Part shown: positions 62,483 to 64,000 of the stretch, piece after piece
Position numbering within the stretch: position 1 is the stretch's first letter
Layout of the letters: each line of letters opens with the position of its first letter
Assembly (NCBI GenBank): GCA_963827165.1
Contig: CAWGZR010000004.1
Coordinates: 211,183 to 275,182 of the forward strand
Length of the DNA stretch: 64,000 bases
DNA from: Candidatus Bathyarchaeota archaeon
GTDB taxonomy: Archaea > Thermoproteota > Bathyarchaeia > Bathyarchaeales > Bathycorpusculaceae
Direction: 5' to 3'
Translations under genes and position numbers: made by a program
The notes under the pieces: generated by a model
The model's database searches: none
Told to the model about the DNA's origin: nothing
Seen by the model: only the letters and a program-made list of their open reading frames with translations

Positions 62483-64000
62483 TTAGCTCAAAAGTTGTTT
62501 TTCTGCGATAGAGTAGTCTTCTTCTTTTCGGACTGTGTAAATCGTGTCGGCGACGTCTTCTATTTCTGTATGGTGTGTAATTATGAGCATTTGTGGTATT
62601 ATTCTGCCGCCTTCCCTGAAGAAAGAGCTGAGAATGTTCACAAGCTCCTTTCTTCTTTGCTCATCCAAGTGCGTTGTGGGTTCGTCCATTATGATGGTCT
62701 CGATTTTTCCTGACAATACTTGAGCAATAGCTAATCTAAGAGCAATCGCTAATGCTACCCGTTCACCCCCACTTATCTGGTCAATATCTTTCTCGCCACT
62801 TGCACCTATTACAGCGATATTATAATCATCATCGATTTTAATGTCGGAATAAGAAAGATTGAACCGTTCAAACAGGTCACGGGTAGACCGTCAAGTAGAG
62901 GTTTAGCTCTTGCTCTGATTATCTTTTGTATTCCATCTTTTCCATAGGCATCTCTTATCTGGTTGAGTTTACCGATGAAATTCTCAACCTTTTTCTTTTC
63001 TGCGGCTTTCTTTTCGCAAAGCCTGTAGCTCTTCTTCGCATCTTCTTGCCTCTTCCTCAGCACTCGTTTTGGCTTGATTCAATTTGACGACTTCTTTCTC
63101 AAGACTACCCAGAGCATCCTTCTTTGAGTCATAAGCTACCTGTTGCTTTTCATGTTCTTTTTCCGAGTAGCCAAGCTTTTCAATTGCTTGAATCAAATCA
63201 GCGTATTTTCCGTTAACGATAGAAATCTCTTCTTTGGTTTTTTGCAAGATCGACTCGTATTCAGTTTTCTTCATTGCAAGAGGTAGCTTTTGGTCATAGG
63301 TTTCCTTTTTCTTTCGCAACTCCCGGAGTTCTTTTTGTGGCTCTTGAGGTTTGTAGCCGAGCTTTTCCAAAGAAACATCGATTAATCCAGAAATATTGCC
63401 CAGTGCTTTAGTGATTGGCGTAATTTGTTTTTCAATTTCTTCCTGGGCAGGAAGCTTTTCTAAACGTCGTTTTGCCGAATCAAACTCTTGGTATGAGTCT
63501 TCAAGACTCTTTTTTCCGCCTTTCTAGCTCGTCTATCGTTAGATCTATTTGTCTTAGAGCCTCTGCCTGTTGCTCAATCTCTTTAATCTCATTTTCTTGG
63601 AGCGTTATACGGCTTTTTGCTTCTTCAAACTCTGTAGCCAATGTTCTTATTCTCTCAGGGTCGATAGCGTCTACTTTCTTCGCTTTTCTTTTAGTCTGTT
63701 CCAAACTGCTGATTGCTTCGTTCAACACGTTTTGAAGTTTTGATTTCTTGCTTTCCGATTCAATTTTCTCTAAAGAGTATTTGCTTACTAACTGATTAAG
63801 ACGCTCTGTAGTTAATTCGGCTTCACATGTTGGGCAGCTTTTAATCACATTACTATGCGCAAATTTGGAGAGGTTCTCAACTATATCTTTCAGGCGCTGG
63901 GTCAGAACACTTATTATTCCATTGGTTTCAACGGTTCTAGAATCGAGTTCTCGAACCGCCTTTTGGTACTCTTGCTTTTTACGTTCAAGAATAAGCCCAA
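62483..64000 (-). CDS. rad50: Second Rad50/SMC ATPase, C-terminal part (several frameshifts; runs off the window)
   Basis: CPTC zinc hook, coiled coil, ISGGERVALAIALRLAI, IMDEPTTHLD, IITH across fragments. Confidence 0.85.

Overview
This window is archaeal, and its gene content and PEF-type C-terminal anchors suggest Bathyarchaeia (inference). Many conserved genes are split by single-base frameshifts, probably uncorrected long-read indels. From left to right it holds: the 5' part of a PolB2-like polymerase; a decayed, probably integrated element (cohesin/dockerin protein, divergent RHH pair, nuclease, integrase-like tail); rps10; vapBC; mre11-rad50; a corrinoid salvage/uptake region (cbiZ, btuFCD-like, radical SAM proteins); a toxin-antitoxin-rich stretch; accessory and surface genes; a type I-D CRISPR-Cas locus with an extra Csa1/Cas4 and a 21-repeat array; and the 3' part of a second Rad50/SMC. 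The most notable item is a four-gene minus-strand cluster at 35855-40650 that looks like an archaeal RiPP system. It encodes a radical SAM/SPASM enzyme, a 141-aa precursor with an internal (DCPTPLCSSCGN)x3 core, a B12-binding radical SAM enzyme, and a class I methyltransferase whose N-terminus is a copy of the precursor scaffold without the core.
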